From a virus (taxonomy: Duplodnaviria; Caudoviricetes), in the IMG/VR virus record IMGVR_UViG_3300032046_000037, positions 1-51,656 of that record: a stretch of 51,656 nucleotides of DNA. The stretch is one strand, 5' to 3'. The position numbers and the translations under genes are program-made. This document shows, piece after piece, positions 30,018 to 39,500 of this stretch. Numbering within the stretch: the stretch's first letter is position 1; each line of letters begins with the position of its first letter. Under the pieces are notes generated by a model. It had not been told where the DNA came from. It saw nothing but the letters and a program-made list of their open reading frames with translations, and did not search any database.

Positions 30018-33000
30018 ATGGCAAATCCTCGATACGATATTTTTCCGGAGGGTGATGACAATTATGTTCCTCCCGGTATTGCGGGAAGTGAGTTCCCGAT
30101 TTCCTTATACGATAGACCACAATTAGCTTTGAGCAATTTAATCTTACACGCTGATGTGGACGCAGCTACACGCTCGATATTTTCCCCCCAAACTCTGTCT
30201 CCTAATGAGATGTTGACATTTCGCAAGATGATGCTTAAGGGAAGGAAACCCAATAAACTTCTTGAGACTCTTCTCGATATATCCACGAATCCACTTGTCA
30301 TTATAGGACTGGTAGCAGGACTCCATTGGCCGGTGGGAAGCACGAAACCTCTCTTCGAGATAGCGGAAGGATTGCGTCCTATAGCTACCAAGATGCTTCC
30401 CTTTATGTCTTCAATCCATTCTGCCTTCACCAACCTCCGTAAGTGGCCTGAATTATATCAATGGATGACAGGAGTAAGTAGAGCGACTGCCGATTTCATA
30501 GAGGAATTCGGACCTAAGATGAACAACATATTTAGAGAAGGCGGCAAGTTAAACAGCCTTGACCAGTCCAAGATTGTATTTTATATAGAGAGATGGAACA
30601 AACCAGTAGTGAAACACATAGCCGGAAAGATACAAACCATCTATCCTGAACTGGGAATAGAACCGCTTGCTCCTGGATTACAAGCAAAGATGGAACCTCG
30701 ACTAATAAGTATTGCAGACCAACTAACAGGGTTATTTGCACAGATACGAGATAAGTTTAAGCCGGAAGTATTGGATAGAATAAGAGGAGAATTGCAAGGG
30801 AAAGGAATTAAGATAGGAGACTGGATGGAGAACTATTTTCCCCACAAGTCTCTGTATAATAAATATGAAATGGAAGCAGTAAAGGCACTGGAAGGAATAC
30901 CTGGGAGACGAAGGTGGGCATATACATTAAATGACATTGTAGAGAAGTGGATTGCCCCCAGTCTAAAAAGAAGAACCGGTGCGAGCATCCCCAATTTTGA
31001 GGCATTAGAAGAAGCAACCAAAGCAGGCATCCTGCGTCCTGACATCCTTCCTACACTACGAAAAATAGTTGATGAAGACGTATCCACTGTAATGAATGGT
31101 ATAAGAAATTATATTGAATCAGCGGAAAAAGCGGCAATAGCCGACCCTTCCATAAACAAATACAAATTATTTTATAATAAGATGAAAGAAGGATTATCTG
31201 GAAAGACAGGGCAACTAGCTGGACGGGGTTTCAATATAACAGGACGGTTGGGGCACGCCGAAGCAGTAAGCAAGACACTTGATGTAATGGCAAGAAATCT
31301 CTTTGGAACTTGGGGCACACCGGAATTTGAGGAAACACTAGGTGCCGTGGCCAAAGCCATCGCTGCCCCTGCAGAATACTCGATGAGCCTCTACAAAGTA
31401 ATGCCTTCCTATCTCAATGCTATGTCCTCCACCTATGCTTGGCAAGGCACTGGTCTTGGTCAACAGATAATGGATTTCGTGAAATCAGGGCAACTTACCG
31501 GATGGGCAGTTCCTTATGTAGAAGACCAGTTGATTCCTCATCTCCGTGGATTGAAGTCGTGGAAATCTCTCCAGCGAGTTATGAATTGGACACAATATAA
31601 AGAGATGATTTCCAGATGGCTCAATTCCCCCTCTTCCATGGCACAGACCATTCCAAAGGCACAGAAAGATTGGTTGCTTGAACATTTCACGGCAGATAGT
31701 TCACTAGGCATTGAGTCAATGATGGGGCAGGTCAATCAGTGGTTCACTCTTTCCACATTGGGTGGGAATGTGTCAGCTTCTATAAAAAATGCCTTACAGC
31801 CGTTCATTACTATCCTGCCATTATTCGGGGCAAAAGGATTTGGAAGAGGAATCGAGATGTATCTGCCCAAGTTGGGGGAATATGCCAAACTTCGGGTTGG
31901 TGGAATGGCACACGAAGCAGCATTTAAGCAGGCATTTCCTGATTTCGTAGAGGCACTCGGCACACGGTCTAATACTCTTCAACGTGCCATACTGTCGGGG
32001 GATATAATGAGAGAGGGAACTACCATTCCCCCTATTGTAACCTCGACTTGGGGTAAAGTAAAACAAGCAGCAATGACCCCCTTTATGGCAGCAGAAACCA
32101 ACAACTGGTTGATTAGTTTTTACACAGGTAAGGCAAATGCACTGGCGGAGGGGTATATACCGGAGATGATTGCAAAGGGGGCAGTGAAGGTTTCTGCAGA
32201 GGTTGCAGCGGGTCAGTTTGGTGCACGAGTTGTAGAGATGACGCAATTCCCCGGTGGTGCACTTGGTCTGCCAAAGATACTGCTTGATATACGTGCTCCT
32301 TTGCGACAGTTTATGCACTTTCCATTAAGGTATCTGGATTTTCTTACAAGTTCAGTCAGATGGGGGCCAACAGAAGCACTCAATCTTGGGACTATTGGGC
32401 GGACTATGGCGGGTTCGACTGCCCTCTATCTTGCCGCCAAGAACTTGCTGGGGGCAGATTTAAGTCAGGGATTGTTGACAGGTGCTCTTCCTCTTCCTGC
32501 CTATGAACAGGCACCTTTCTTCCCGTGGCCTCTTGTGCCTCCGATTGGTGGGGCACTAGGAGGAGTAGCACAAGCATTATATAAAGGAGAGTTCAGACCA
32601 CTTGAATCTACTCTTGCCCTTATGACTCCGGGTGGAATTATGGGCAGGCGTTTGTATAAGACCTTGAGTAGGAAGTATGCCGACTATGAGAATAGGACAC
32701 AGGAAGGATTGATACCAACTTATAACGAACAAGGCTCACTGGTAGGTAATTTTACTCCTTTGCAACTTACACTTCGTGCCATTGGTCTTATGCCCACTTC
32801 GGTTAGTGCAGAACAAGGGGCGGCCAAATGGTTGCTTGCACAGCGAGACCAGCTTCGTGGTTATAGGCGGACTTATCTTCAAGCGATGACAGAGAATGAC
32901 TTAGATAAAGCAGATAGAATAAATAGAGATTTTCAAAGACGGTATCCAGAGTTGGGGCCGCTCCAGATTAAGAAGAGCGACATCACTGCCATCAAGAATC

Positions 33001-33152
33001 GCAGACAGGTCAGCAGACTCGACCGGATACTTCGGGGATTCCCCACCGAATATCGTCCTTTGTTTCAACAGATGGTAACAGAAGCAAGTCTCGGAAAAGT
33101 CACACAAGACATCCAGAACCAACCACTTGCAGCCGAGTGGTATATGCAGTAA
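30018..33152 (+). CDS. Large internal virion/DNA-ejection protein
   Basis: 1044 aa, helical, last gene of structural block; C-terminal QFMHFP-type segment. Confidence 0.6.
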   Translation: MANPRYDIFPEGDDNYVPPGIAGSEFPISLYDRPQLALSNLILHADVDAATRSIFSPQTLSPNEMLTFRKMMLKGRKPNKLLETLLDISTNPLVIIGLVAGLHWPVGSTKPLFEIAEGLRPIATKMLPFMSSIHSAFTNLRKWPELYQWMTGVSRATADFIEEFGPKMNNIFREGGKLNSLDQSKIVFYIERWNKPVVKHIAGKIQTIYPELGIEPLAPGLQAKMEPRLISIADQLTGLFAQIRDKFKPEVLDRIRGELQGKGIKIGDWMENYFPHKSLYNKYEMEAVKALEGIPGRRRWAYTLNDIVEKWIAPSLKRRTGASIPNFEALEEATKAGILRPDILPTLRKIVDEDVSTVMNGIRNYIESAEKAAIADPSINKYKLFYNKMKEGLSGKTGQLAGRGFNITGRLGHAEAVSKTLDVMARNLFGTWGTPEFEETLGAVAKAIAAPAEYSMSLYKVMPSYLNAMSSTYAWQGTGLGQQIMDFVKSGQLTGWAVPYVEDQLIPHLRGLKSWKSLQRVMNWTQYKEMISRWLNSPSSMAQTIPKAQKDWLLEHFTADSSLGIESMMGQVNQWFTLSTLGGNVSASIKNALQPFITILPLFGAKGFGRGIEMYLPKLGEYAKLRVGGMAHEAAFKQAFPDFVEALGTRSNTLQRAILSGDIMREGTTIPPIVTSTWGKVKQAAMTPFMAAETNNWLISFYTGKANALAEGYIPEMIAKGAVKVSAEVAAGQFGARVVEMTQFPGGALGLPKILLDIRAPLRQFMHFPLRYLDFLTSSVRWGPTEALNLGTIGRTMAGSTALYLAAKNLLGADLSQGLLTGALPLPAYEQAPFFPWPLVPPIGGALGGVAQALYKGEFRPLESTLALMTPGGIMGRRLYKTLSRKYADYENRTQEGLIPTYNEQGSLVGNFTPLQLTLRAIGLMPTSVSAEQGAAKWLLAQRDQLRGYRRTYLQAMTENDLDKADRINRDFQRRYPELGPLQIKKSDITAIKNRRQVSRLDRILRGFPTEYRPLFQQMVTEASLGKVTQDIQNQPLAAEWYMQ

Positions 33153-33205
33153 CTCTTGCCCACATAAGGAGTTACAACAAACTAAAAATAATTTTTATTA
33201 TTCTA

Positions 33206-33234
33206 TTGACAAACTGCCGAATCCTATTTAAGAT
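33206..33234 (+). promoter_or_regulatory. sigma70-type promoter for replication module
   Basis: TTGACA-17 nt-TAAGAT with AT-rich upstream tract. Confidence 0.7.
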
Positions 33235-33240
33235 ATACTT

Positions 33241-33317
33241 GATAGCTGGTGTGGACAGTCTCCATATACGAAACTATCCGAAGGAGTAGATATGCATTAG
33301 AGTCCCACCAGTTTTTT
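33241..33317 (+). ncRNA. Candidate structured small RNA/leader
   Basis: Starts at predicted TSS; nested stems CTGGTG/CACCAG, GGAC/GTCC, CATAT/ATATG, CTA/TAG, TCC-GAA-GGA; ends in T6. Confidence 0.4.
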
Positions 33318-33337
33318 GAAAGGGGAAAAGGAATAGA

Positions 33338-33556
33338 ATGATTTACATAGCGATTGACAATTTAAGTAGTCATAATACTGACCGCATTTATCGACTGGTG
33401 TCTGATGATGAGCAAGAGGCAGAGACTCTTGCTCTTGCATTGAGTATAATGCTGAAATATCTTCCTAATAGACGAGACAAATTGGAACGATATTTCCACA
33501 TTTTGACGAATTGCGTGACGGATTACTTCAAAGAGAGAAAGAGAACAGGACAATGA
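33338..33556 (+). CDS. Hypothetical protein
   Basis: 72-aa ORF with AAGGA RBS. Confidence 0.6.
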   Translation: MIYIAIDNLSSHNTDRIYRLVSDDEQEAETLALALSIMLKYLPNRRDKLERYFHILTNCVTDYFKERKRTGQ

Positions 33557-33610
33557 ATATGAAAGTGCCGGGGAAGCGGGCGTAGAAAAATTCAATTTGA
33601 AGGGGATAAA

Positions 33611-33934
33611 ATGATACTTGCTGATATGAGTAAAAATCCGCCGGATGTAACAATAGTAGAACATAAAAAAAAGACCGATGAATGTCCTGTGAGTAGTCAA
33701 CATAAATACAACCGAACTCCAAGAGATATGGAAAAGACATCGGACATATTAAGACAAATTGCAAATGAAATGGATTGGCACGAAGGATGGACTGACAATT
33801 TGTTGTTCAACTGGGCGACTAAACTCAATAAGATAACTATGAATTTAGTCTATCATCGTGGCCAGCTCAAAGGAACAAAAATTTGCATAGGGGTAGCTGA
33901 TAAGGTCCGGCAGGACTCAGCGGAAATTGTATGA
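33611..33934 (+). CDS. Hypothetical protein
   Basis: 107-aa ORF, ATGA-coupled to polymerase. Confidence 0.6.
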   Translation: MILADMSKNPPDVTIVEHKKKTDECPVSSQHKYNRTPRDMEKTSDILRQIANEMDWHEGWTDNLLFNWATKLNKITMNLVYHRGQLKGTKICIGVADKVRQDSAEIV

Positions 33935-36594
33935 TTGAATTTGCAGATTGTTCCAAATGCACTGATTGTCCTTTGCACGAATCTGCCAAGCATCCGGGGA
34001 TTCCTACAAGGCCATATTCTGTTACCGGCAAGGAACAGGCATTGCTCATCGTGGGTGAAGCACCCGGCCATACTGAGGACAGAAGTGAGAAGAAACTATC
34101 GTGGATTGGTTATGCCGGGCAGCTTCTTGACAAGATGATTAAAGCGGCTGGGCTGCAAGAATATGCCGACATCTTCCTTGCCAATGCCTGTCGTTGCAAA
34201 CCGCCACAGGGAGATAGTCCAGAACGAAGTCATATAAACAAGTGTCGCCCTTACCTGCTGAAAGACATCGAAACACTGTTGGGGGCATACAAACATCTTA
34301 CAATACTTGCGTGTGGTGCACCTGCTACATACAGTATATCCAAAATAAAGACGCTGGCCGCTGCATTTAGAAGTCAAGGGGCAAAGGGGACTCTGACTAC
34401 ACCTCTCTTACAATCTCTACCTCCTCCTATGGAGTCCTCTTGCCCCATTTTATTTTTCACTTACCATCCTGCGGTGCTCCATCCGAGCAGGAAACCAGCA
34501 TTGATTACTTCGGTGGAAGCCCACTTCGTCCTATTGGCAAGATACTTGAAGGGAGAATTCATACCCAACGAAATTCAAGTCATACCAGAGATAGGAACCG
34601 ACCCCGGCAAATTGAAACTACCAAGTCAGGTGTGTGTTGATATAGAGACCTATGGTATCCTGAAAGGGAAACATCAGACCGTCTTTACGCCTATACAATC
34701 GAAGTTATTGGATGGTATAGAGTATGACAAGCAGGTTATCACTGTATCCATTGGATATAGAGAGAACGGCAATAAGAGAACCCATCTGTATATCTTCGAG
34801 GACAGGATACATAGACAACGACTTGAAGAATGGTTTAAGAGAATTGTAAAGGAGAAGATTACTCTTCTGGGACAAAATATAAAGTTTGACCTTCTTTATT
34901 TGGCCTCTGCAGATAAAGGCATAAACTACTGGATTGACCCCCGCTGGTTACGTCTCGATGATACTCTCCTGCTCGGTGCTCTCCTGTATGAACAGCAACC
35001 GGAGAAGGGAATGAAAGAGGTTGCTCTGCTTTTTGGAATAGCCGATTATGGCCAGCTCAAGGTAACGGCCAAGACTGCCAATGCTGAATCGGCCTATGAC
35101 CCAAATCTTCACTACTACAACTGTTTCGATGTGGCAGTAACCTTGACTTTATATGACGAACTCCTTGCTCGAATAGAGAAACGATATGGCAAGAAGTCGA
35201 ATAAGTTTAGTCCTGCCTGTGCAGATATGCGTAATGCCGTCTTATGGGACACCATAGAGCTGGAACGTGCGGGCGGAGCATTTAGTATTCCTCGTCTGAA
35301 GGAGGAACACAATAACGCTACTGCAATATGTGTCAAATGTATAAACAGGCTGACATCTGCTGGAATTATACCTCACGGGAAAGGGTCTGACAGGTCATTA
35401 CGTGAATTCATAACACAGGGAATAAGAGAAAGCAATCTATTTGAAGACCCACGGGTCCAGTTCACCAAGAAGAAGAAAGAGATTTCCATAGGAAAGGAAA
35501 ATACCAATCTATTACTGGAATACATCCCAACTGAAAGTCCTCTCTATCCCCTCTTAAAGGACTTCAAGACATTTACAGAAAACTCAAAGATTGTGAATAC
35601 TTATACACAACCACTACTGGAGAACAAGGAAAAGGGAATTGTGGGGATAAAAGACAATGGAAGGATTGGCATGGTATATCCAACCTGGTATCCTGTTCCG
35701 GGGTATCATAGTAAAGAGGCAGGTGAGAAGGAGAAAATGGGGGGAACAATACAGGCAAGGATTACCTGTCAAAGACCTCCTCTGCAAACTCTACCCCCGG
35801 TTATCTTTGGCTGCCAGACTACCCGGTTCAAACCGGGGATACTGGTCGAATATGATATGAGCCAGAGTCATTTGAGGATGGCAGCTTTATTGTCTGGAGA
35901 CCCTCTATTGATGGGTGCCTATGAGAAGGGATTGGATTTACACGATGAAACGACACGGTTGATTTATCCAAATATAGATGCAATTTTAGCCCCCCGTGGC
36001 GAGACCCTTAAGGATTCAAAAGAGAGGCAATTATGTAAAAGTATTAACTTTCTTGTTTTATTCCGAGGGGGGGCAAAAGCATTACAGGATACAGCACGGG
36101 CAGACCTTGGACTTATGCTGGAACAGGAATTCTGTGATAGATTGATTAAACAGTGGTATAGAGACCATATTACATTCAAGTTGTGGCAGGATTCTTTACT
36201 TGATACTGCGGCAACACAGGGATACCTTGAAGTTCCTACGGGGTGGAGCAGGACATTTGCATTTGGATATGATGGGATAGTAGCGTATTCAAATGAGATA
36301 TGTAATTTTCCGATTCAGACGCTGGATGCACAGGTAACTGAAAGTGCTCATTTTCAGATTCTGCAGAGGATTAGAGAGTGTGGGTTGCAGAGTGTAATAT
36401 CCCTGCAACGGTATGATTCCCTGGTAGTTGATATGCCTCAAAGAGAGGAAACAAAAGTGGATAAAATCGTAGGAGAAGCCTTGACACGCCCCCCTATTCT
36501 CGCTATAATAGAGAAATCTGTGACCCGTTCAGTTCCGTGGTTATATAGCAGGAAGGTTCTTGATGCCTACCCGAATCAGAAAAGTAAAGAATAA
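33931..36594 (+). CDS. Family A DNA polymerase with N-terminal uracil-DNA glycosylase (family 4-like) domain and 3'-5' exonuclease
   Basis: UDG: CxxC, IVGEAPG, NACRCKPP, TYHPA; exonuclease: DIETY, GQNIKFD, YNCFD; polymerase: DMSQSHLR, RQLCKSINF, NFPIQ, RYDS. Confidence 0.92.
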   Translation: MIEFADCSKCTDCPLHESAKHPGIPTRPYSVTGKEQALLIVGEAPGHTEDRSEKKLSWIGYAGQLLDKMIKAAGLQEYADIFLANACRCKPPQGDSPERSHINKCRPYLLKDIETLLGAYKHLTILACGAPATYSISKIKTLAAAFRSQGAKGTLTTPLLQSLPPPMESSCPILFFTYHPAVLHPSRKPALITSVEAHFVLLARYLKGEFIPNEIQVIPEIGTDPGKLKLPSQVCVDIETYGILKGKHQTVFTPIQSKLLDGIEYDKQVITVSIGYRENGNKRTHLYIFEDRIHRQRLEEWFKRIVKEKITLLGQNIKFDLLYLASADKGINYWIDPRWLRLDDTLLLGALLYEQQPEKGMKEVALLFGIADYGQLKVTAKTANAESAYDPNLHYYNCFDVAVTLTLYDELLARIEKRYGKKSNKFSPACADMRNAVLWDTIELERAGGAFSIPRLKEEHNNATAICVKCINRLTSAGIIPHGKGSDRSLREFITQGIRESNLFEDPRVQFTKKKKEISIGKENTNLLLEYIPTESPLYPLLKDFKTFTENSKIVNTYTQPLLENKEKGIVGIKDNGRIGMVYPTWYPVPGYHSKEAGEKEKMGGTIQARITCQRPPLQTLPPVIFGCQTTRFKPGILVEYDMSQSHLRMAALLSGDPLLMGAYEKGLDLHDETTRLIYPNIDAILAPRGETLKDSKERQLCKSINFLVLFRGGAKALQDTARADLGLMLEQEFCDRLIKQWYRDHITFKLWQDSLLDTAATQGYLEVPTGWSRTFAFGYDGIVAYSNEICNFPIQTLDAQVTESAHFQILQRIRECGLQSVISLQRYDSLVVDMPQREETKVDKIVGEALTRPPILAIIEKSVTRSVPWLYSRKVLDAYPNQKSKE

Positions 36595-37189
36595 GACGGA
36601 TATACATTACCGTTACAAGATTCCTACTCATGTCACGGTTCAGATAGATACCCGTGAACAGTATCCTATATTGTTTCCTGTCCGTATTCTAATTCCTCAT
36701 CCTGAACAGGCATATAAGGATTTAATAGTTGAGGTGAAGATTGAACACAGAGCATTGGAGTATGGTGATTATCGGTTGAAGGAGTATCCCAACTGTTGTG
36801 TGATTGAACGAAAAGCAAGCCAACCGGAGTTGTTTAAGAACCTTATGGAGAGTGTGGATGCAGTAAGGCAGGCCAAGTCATTCCGCAAATTATCGGAGTG
36901 CGAGTATCCATACTTGCTTATAGAAGCCTCCCCTGATGAGATGCTTGATGATAGGATGATGAAGAACCCAGAGGTAGTAGTGCACAGATTGGCATTGGTA
37001 GGGGCCAAATATGGGTTCCATATCCTGTGGTTTCCTTGGAAAAAGCAGGGGTCAAGTGCCCGTAGGAAACTGGGGACGTTGTTAATCCATATAATGCTCG
37101 GCTGTGCCCTGCGTGCCACACTGGACATCTTACCGGAGTTGGTGGAACCAGAAGAAGATGAGGAAGTTATAAACATAAGAACCGATTAG
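36563..37189 (+). CDS. ERCC4-domain nuclease (resolvase/flap endonuclease)
   Basis: IDTREQ, LEYGDY, VIERKA motifs. Confidence 0.88.
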   Translation: MPTRIRKVKNKTDIHYRYKIPTHVTVQIDTREQYPILFPVRILIPHPEQAYKDLIVEVKIEHRALEYGDYRLKEYPNCCVIERKASQPELFKNLMESVDAVRQAKSFRKLSECEYPYLLIEASPDEMLDDRMMKNPEVVVHRLALVGAKYGFHILWFPWKKQGSSARRKLGTLLIHIMLGCALRATLDILPELVEPEEDEEVINIRTD

Positions 37190-37199
37190 GAGGTAAGCC

Positions 37200-37358
37200 A
37201 TGCCATTGCCAAAAACCACAAACATAGGGACATTGGTCAATGAGTTGAAAGCTGCCAATCGGGGAAAGAAGAAGAAAAGGTCGAAAGCACAGATACTTGC
37301 TATTGCTCTTGACCAAGCAAGAAAGAGCGGGGCAAATATACCGAGAAAGAAGTGGTAG
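37200..37358 (+). CDS. Small basic protein (52 aa); not in ORF track
   Basis: AGGAGGT RBS; ...SKAQILAIALDQARKSGANIPRKKW. Confidence 0.7.
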   Translation: MPLPKTTNIGTLVNELKAANRGKKKKRSKAQILAIALDQARKSGANIPRKKW

Positions 37359-37399
37359 GTGAATGCCACAACCAGAGAACATAAATAGGGGATAAAATA

Positions 37400-37606
37400 A
37401 TGGCTAAACGATGGATGCAAAAAGCATTCGCTGGTGCTACGGGGCAGTTGAGAAAGAAACTTGGGATAAAGAAAGGACAGTCTATGTCCTTATCCCAAGC
37501 TGAGACTGCCGGTGCGAAGCCGGGCAGGACTGGTAGGCAGGGCCGGCTCGCTGCCACGGCAATCAAGATAGCACGCAAGCGAAACAGGCGGACTAAAAAA
37601 GTGTAA
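37400..37606 (+). CDS. Small basic protein
   Basis: Lys/Arg-rich WMQKA..GQLRKKLG..GRQGRLA pattern. Confidence 0.75.
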   Translation: MAKRWMQKAFAGATGQLRKKLGIKKGQSMSLSQAETAGAKPGRTGRQGRLAATAIKIARKRNRRTKKV

Positions 37607-37624
37607 ATAATTTTTATTTTCTTC

Positions 37625-37653
37625 TTGACAAGGATGAGTGACTGTGGTAGGAT
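37625..37653 (+). promoter_or_regulatory. sigma70-type promoter
   Basis: TTGACA-17 nt-TAGGAT with extended TG; AT-rich upstream. Confidence 0.7.
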
Positions 37654-37679
37654 ATACATATAAGAAGCCTCTGCAGAAT

Positions 37680-37724
37680 GATAAGGGGTGGTTGGGACAA
37701 CCTTCCATCCCTTATCGCATTTTT
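37680..37724 (+). terminator. Leader hairpin/attenuator-like terminator
   Basis: GATAAGGGGTGG/CCATCCCTTATC 12-bp stem then GCATTTTT. Confidence 0.5.
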
Positions 37725-37786
37725 GGAGACAAGGGTTTGTTAAGTAACTAACTAACAAGGCAACCTGTGTGTAAAGGAGAAAGGAA

Positions 37787-38170
37787 ATGGATAATCGTAG
37801 GAAAAGCATAAGAAGGGCAAAACAGGCCAATCAGTCCAGCACAGATAATCTGCCTGTGATATTCATACCTGATGATACATGCCTGTCGAAAGAGGGATTC
37901 CTATGGGCTGACAAGGCAATCGTGATTAAGAACAAAAAACGATATGATATGCTGCGGGCAATCATAGGTGGTATAGAAATGGAAGGGGACAATGGACAAA
38001 GAATTATTCGACCGAGATTTGCAGAGACAGGCAGAGAAGAGAAGTTACGAGAGGATACGGCAGAAGATAGCAGAGGACATTCGACAGTTGATGGCAGACA
38101 ACTCGATAACATTCGGCCAGATGGCAGCGAAATTGAAATGGCCGGTGAGGGAAACAAGGACACGGATTAA
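37787..38170 (+). CDS. Hypothetical protein
   Basis: AAGGA RBS; C-terminus overlaps next gene. Confidence 0.55.
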   Translation: MDNRRKSIRRAKQANQSSTDNLPVIFIPDDTCLSKEGFLWADKAIVIKNKKRYDMLRAIIGGIEMEGDNGQRIIRPRFAETGREEKLREDTAEDSRGHSTVDGRQLDNIRPDGSEIEMAGEGNKDTD

Positions 38171-38273
38171 CTCGGCGGACTTGCGATTGTCCCAACTGGT
38201 TGCAATACTCAATGTGTTTGGTCTGGACTTCTATCCGGTTATGAGACCACGAAAACCATGGATAGGAAATTAG
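37992..38273 (+). CDS. XRE/Cro-C1-like helix-turn-helix protein
   Basis: IRQLMADNSITFGQMAAKLKW...LRLSQLVAILNVFGL pattern. Confidence 0.7.
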   Translation: MDKELFDRDLQRQAEKRSYERIRQKIAEDIRQLMADNSITFGQMAAKLKWPVRETRTRINSADLRLSQLVAILNVFGLDFYPVMRPRKPWIGN

Positions 38274-38291
38274 GAGAAAGGGGAAAGGATA

Positions 38292-38483
38292 ATGGGTAAA
38301 GAACTTGACGCATTTATTAAGGTGTTGGAGGTTTATGCCAATACAGATGTTCAAATAACCCAGGATTTTTACCAGGGTTTATGTGGAAGAGCAAAAGATT
38401 ATCTTATTGGTCAACAGCACTTCATTGAGGAATTGAAATCTACCATAAGCCTTTATCAGAAGGGGGAAAAGAAAGATGATTGA
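38292..38483 (+). CDS. Hypothetical protein
   Basis: 63-aa ORF with RBS. Confidence 0.6.
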   Translation: MGKELDAFIKVLEVYANTDVQITQDFYQGLCGRAKDYLIGQQHFIEELKSTISLYQKGEKKDD

Positions 38484-39486
38484 GAAACTTGAGGAGATGA
38501 AAGAGTTGAGACCGCCGATTTCACAGTCGGCGATTATTACTGCCTTGCGATGTCCCCGGTGCTTCCTATATCGGTATCGGTGGGGATTGGTTCCGAAGAT
38601 TGAACGATATGCCCGTGCTGCTACCATTGGCAGTTTGTTCCACAGGTTGATGCACGTGGGAGAGGGGAGGATTGTCACGGTGCAAAGGGAAGTTGCCGAC
38701 CAACAGAATGAACTGATGGCAAGGATACAGAAGGGGGAAGATTTGACAGGAGACTTGGCGAGGACGGCACAGGGACTAACGGAATTGTATAACAAGGCAT
38801 TAGTTATGGCGAGGATATTTTGGAAGAGATTTCCTTGTCCTGATTATCTGGAGACTATGGCAGCAGAGAAAACAATAGAAATGGCACTATCCTCTTTCCC
38901 TGGTATAACTATAAAAGGAAGGTTAGATAAAATCGTGCGGGATACTCGTGATGGCGTAATGTGGATTAGGGACTCAAAGACTACCTCACGTGATATTGCC
39001 TATACCTTGACTGGGTATATGTTCTCTATACAGTGCAGACTATATCGGTTATTGGCGATTGACTATGTCCCAAAAGGTTTCATTCTCGATATTGCACGAG
39101 TTCCATCTATAAAGTTTTGTAATAAGGATAAGGATTTCGATGCCTACCTGATACGGGTAGAGAAGTGGTATGAGGAACAGGAGGAACTGGGTGTGACACC
39201 GATGACATCCAAGGCAATTATCTTCTCGGAGCCACTAATGAATGATGAATTGACTAATGTTTTAGCGACTGCTATAGGTTTGGCTAATAAGAAAATGATG
39301 CCCAATAACTTCTCACGTGATGTAACTACGAGCTATTGCAAGGATTACAACAAGGTGTGTCCTTATTATGACCTCTGCAATTCTGATGAAGCAGGGTGGC
39401 CGAGTTTGATTAACAGATTGTATGATGTTGTTGATAGCCCCATAACGGAAGAACAACAACAAGAACGTATAAGTGAAAATGAATAG
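38476..39486 (+). CDS. PD-(D/E)XK (Cas4/RecB-like) recombination nuclease
   Basis: SQS..CPR, IGSLFH, GRLDKI..IRDSKT, QCRLY, C-terminal C..CPYYDLC. Confidence 0.88.
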   Translation: MIEKLEEMKELRPPISQSAIITALRCPRCFLYRYRWGLVPKIERYARAATIGSLFHRLMHVGEGRIVTVQREVADQQNELMARIQKGEDLTGDLARTAQGLTELYNKALVMARIFWKRFPCPDYLETMAAEKTIEMALSSFPGITIKGRLDKIVRDTRDGVMWIRDSKTTSRDIAYTLTGYMFSIQCRLYRLLAIDYVPKGFILDIARVPSIKFCNKDKDFDAYLIRVEKWYEEQEELGVTPMTSKAIIFSEPLMNDELTNVLATAIGLANKKMMPNNFSRDVTTSYCKDYNKVCPYYDLCNSDEAGWPSLINRLYDVVDSPITEEQQQERISENE

Positions 39487-39500
39487 AAAGGAGATTTGAA

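Noticed and set aside
38476-39486. Cas4 as part of a CRISPR-Cas system
   Set aside because: No other cas genes or array; context with Sak4-like ATPase and SSB indicates recombination
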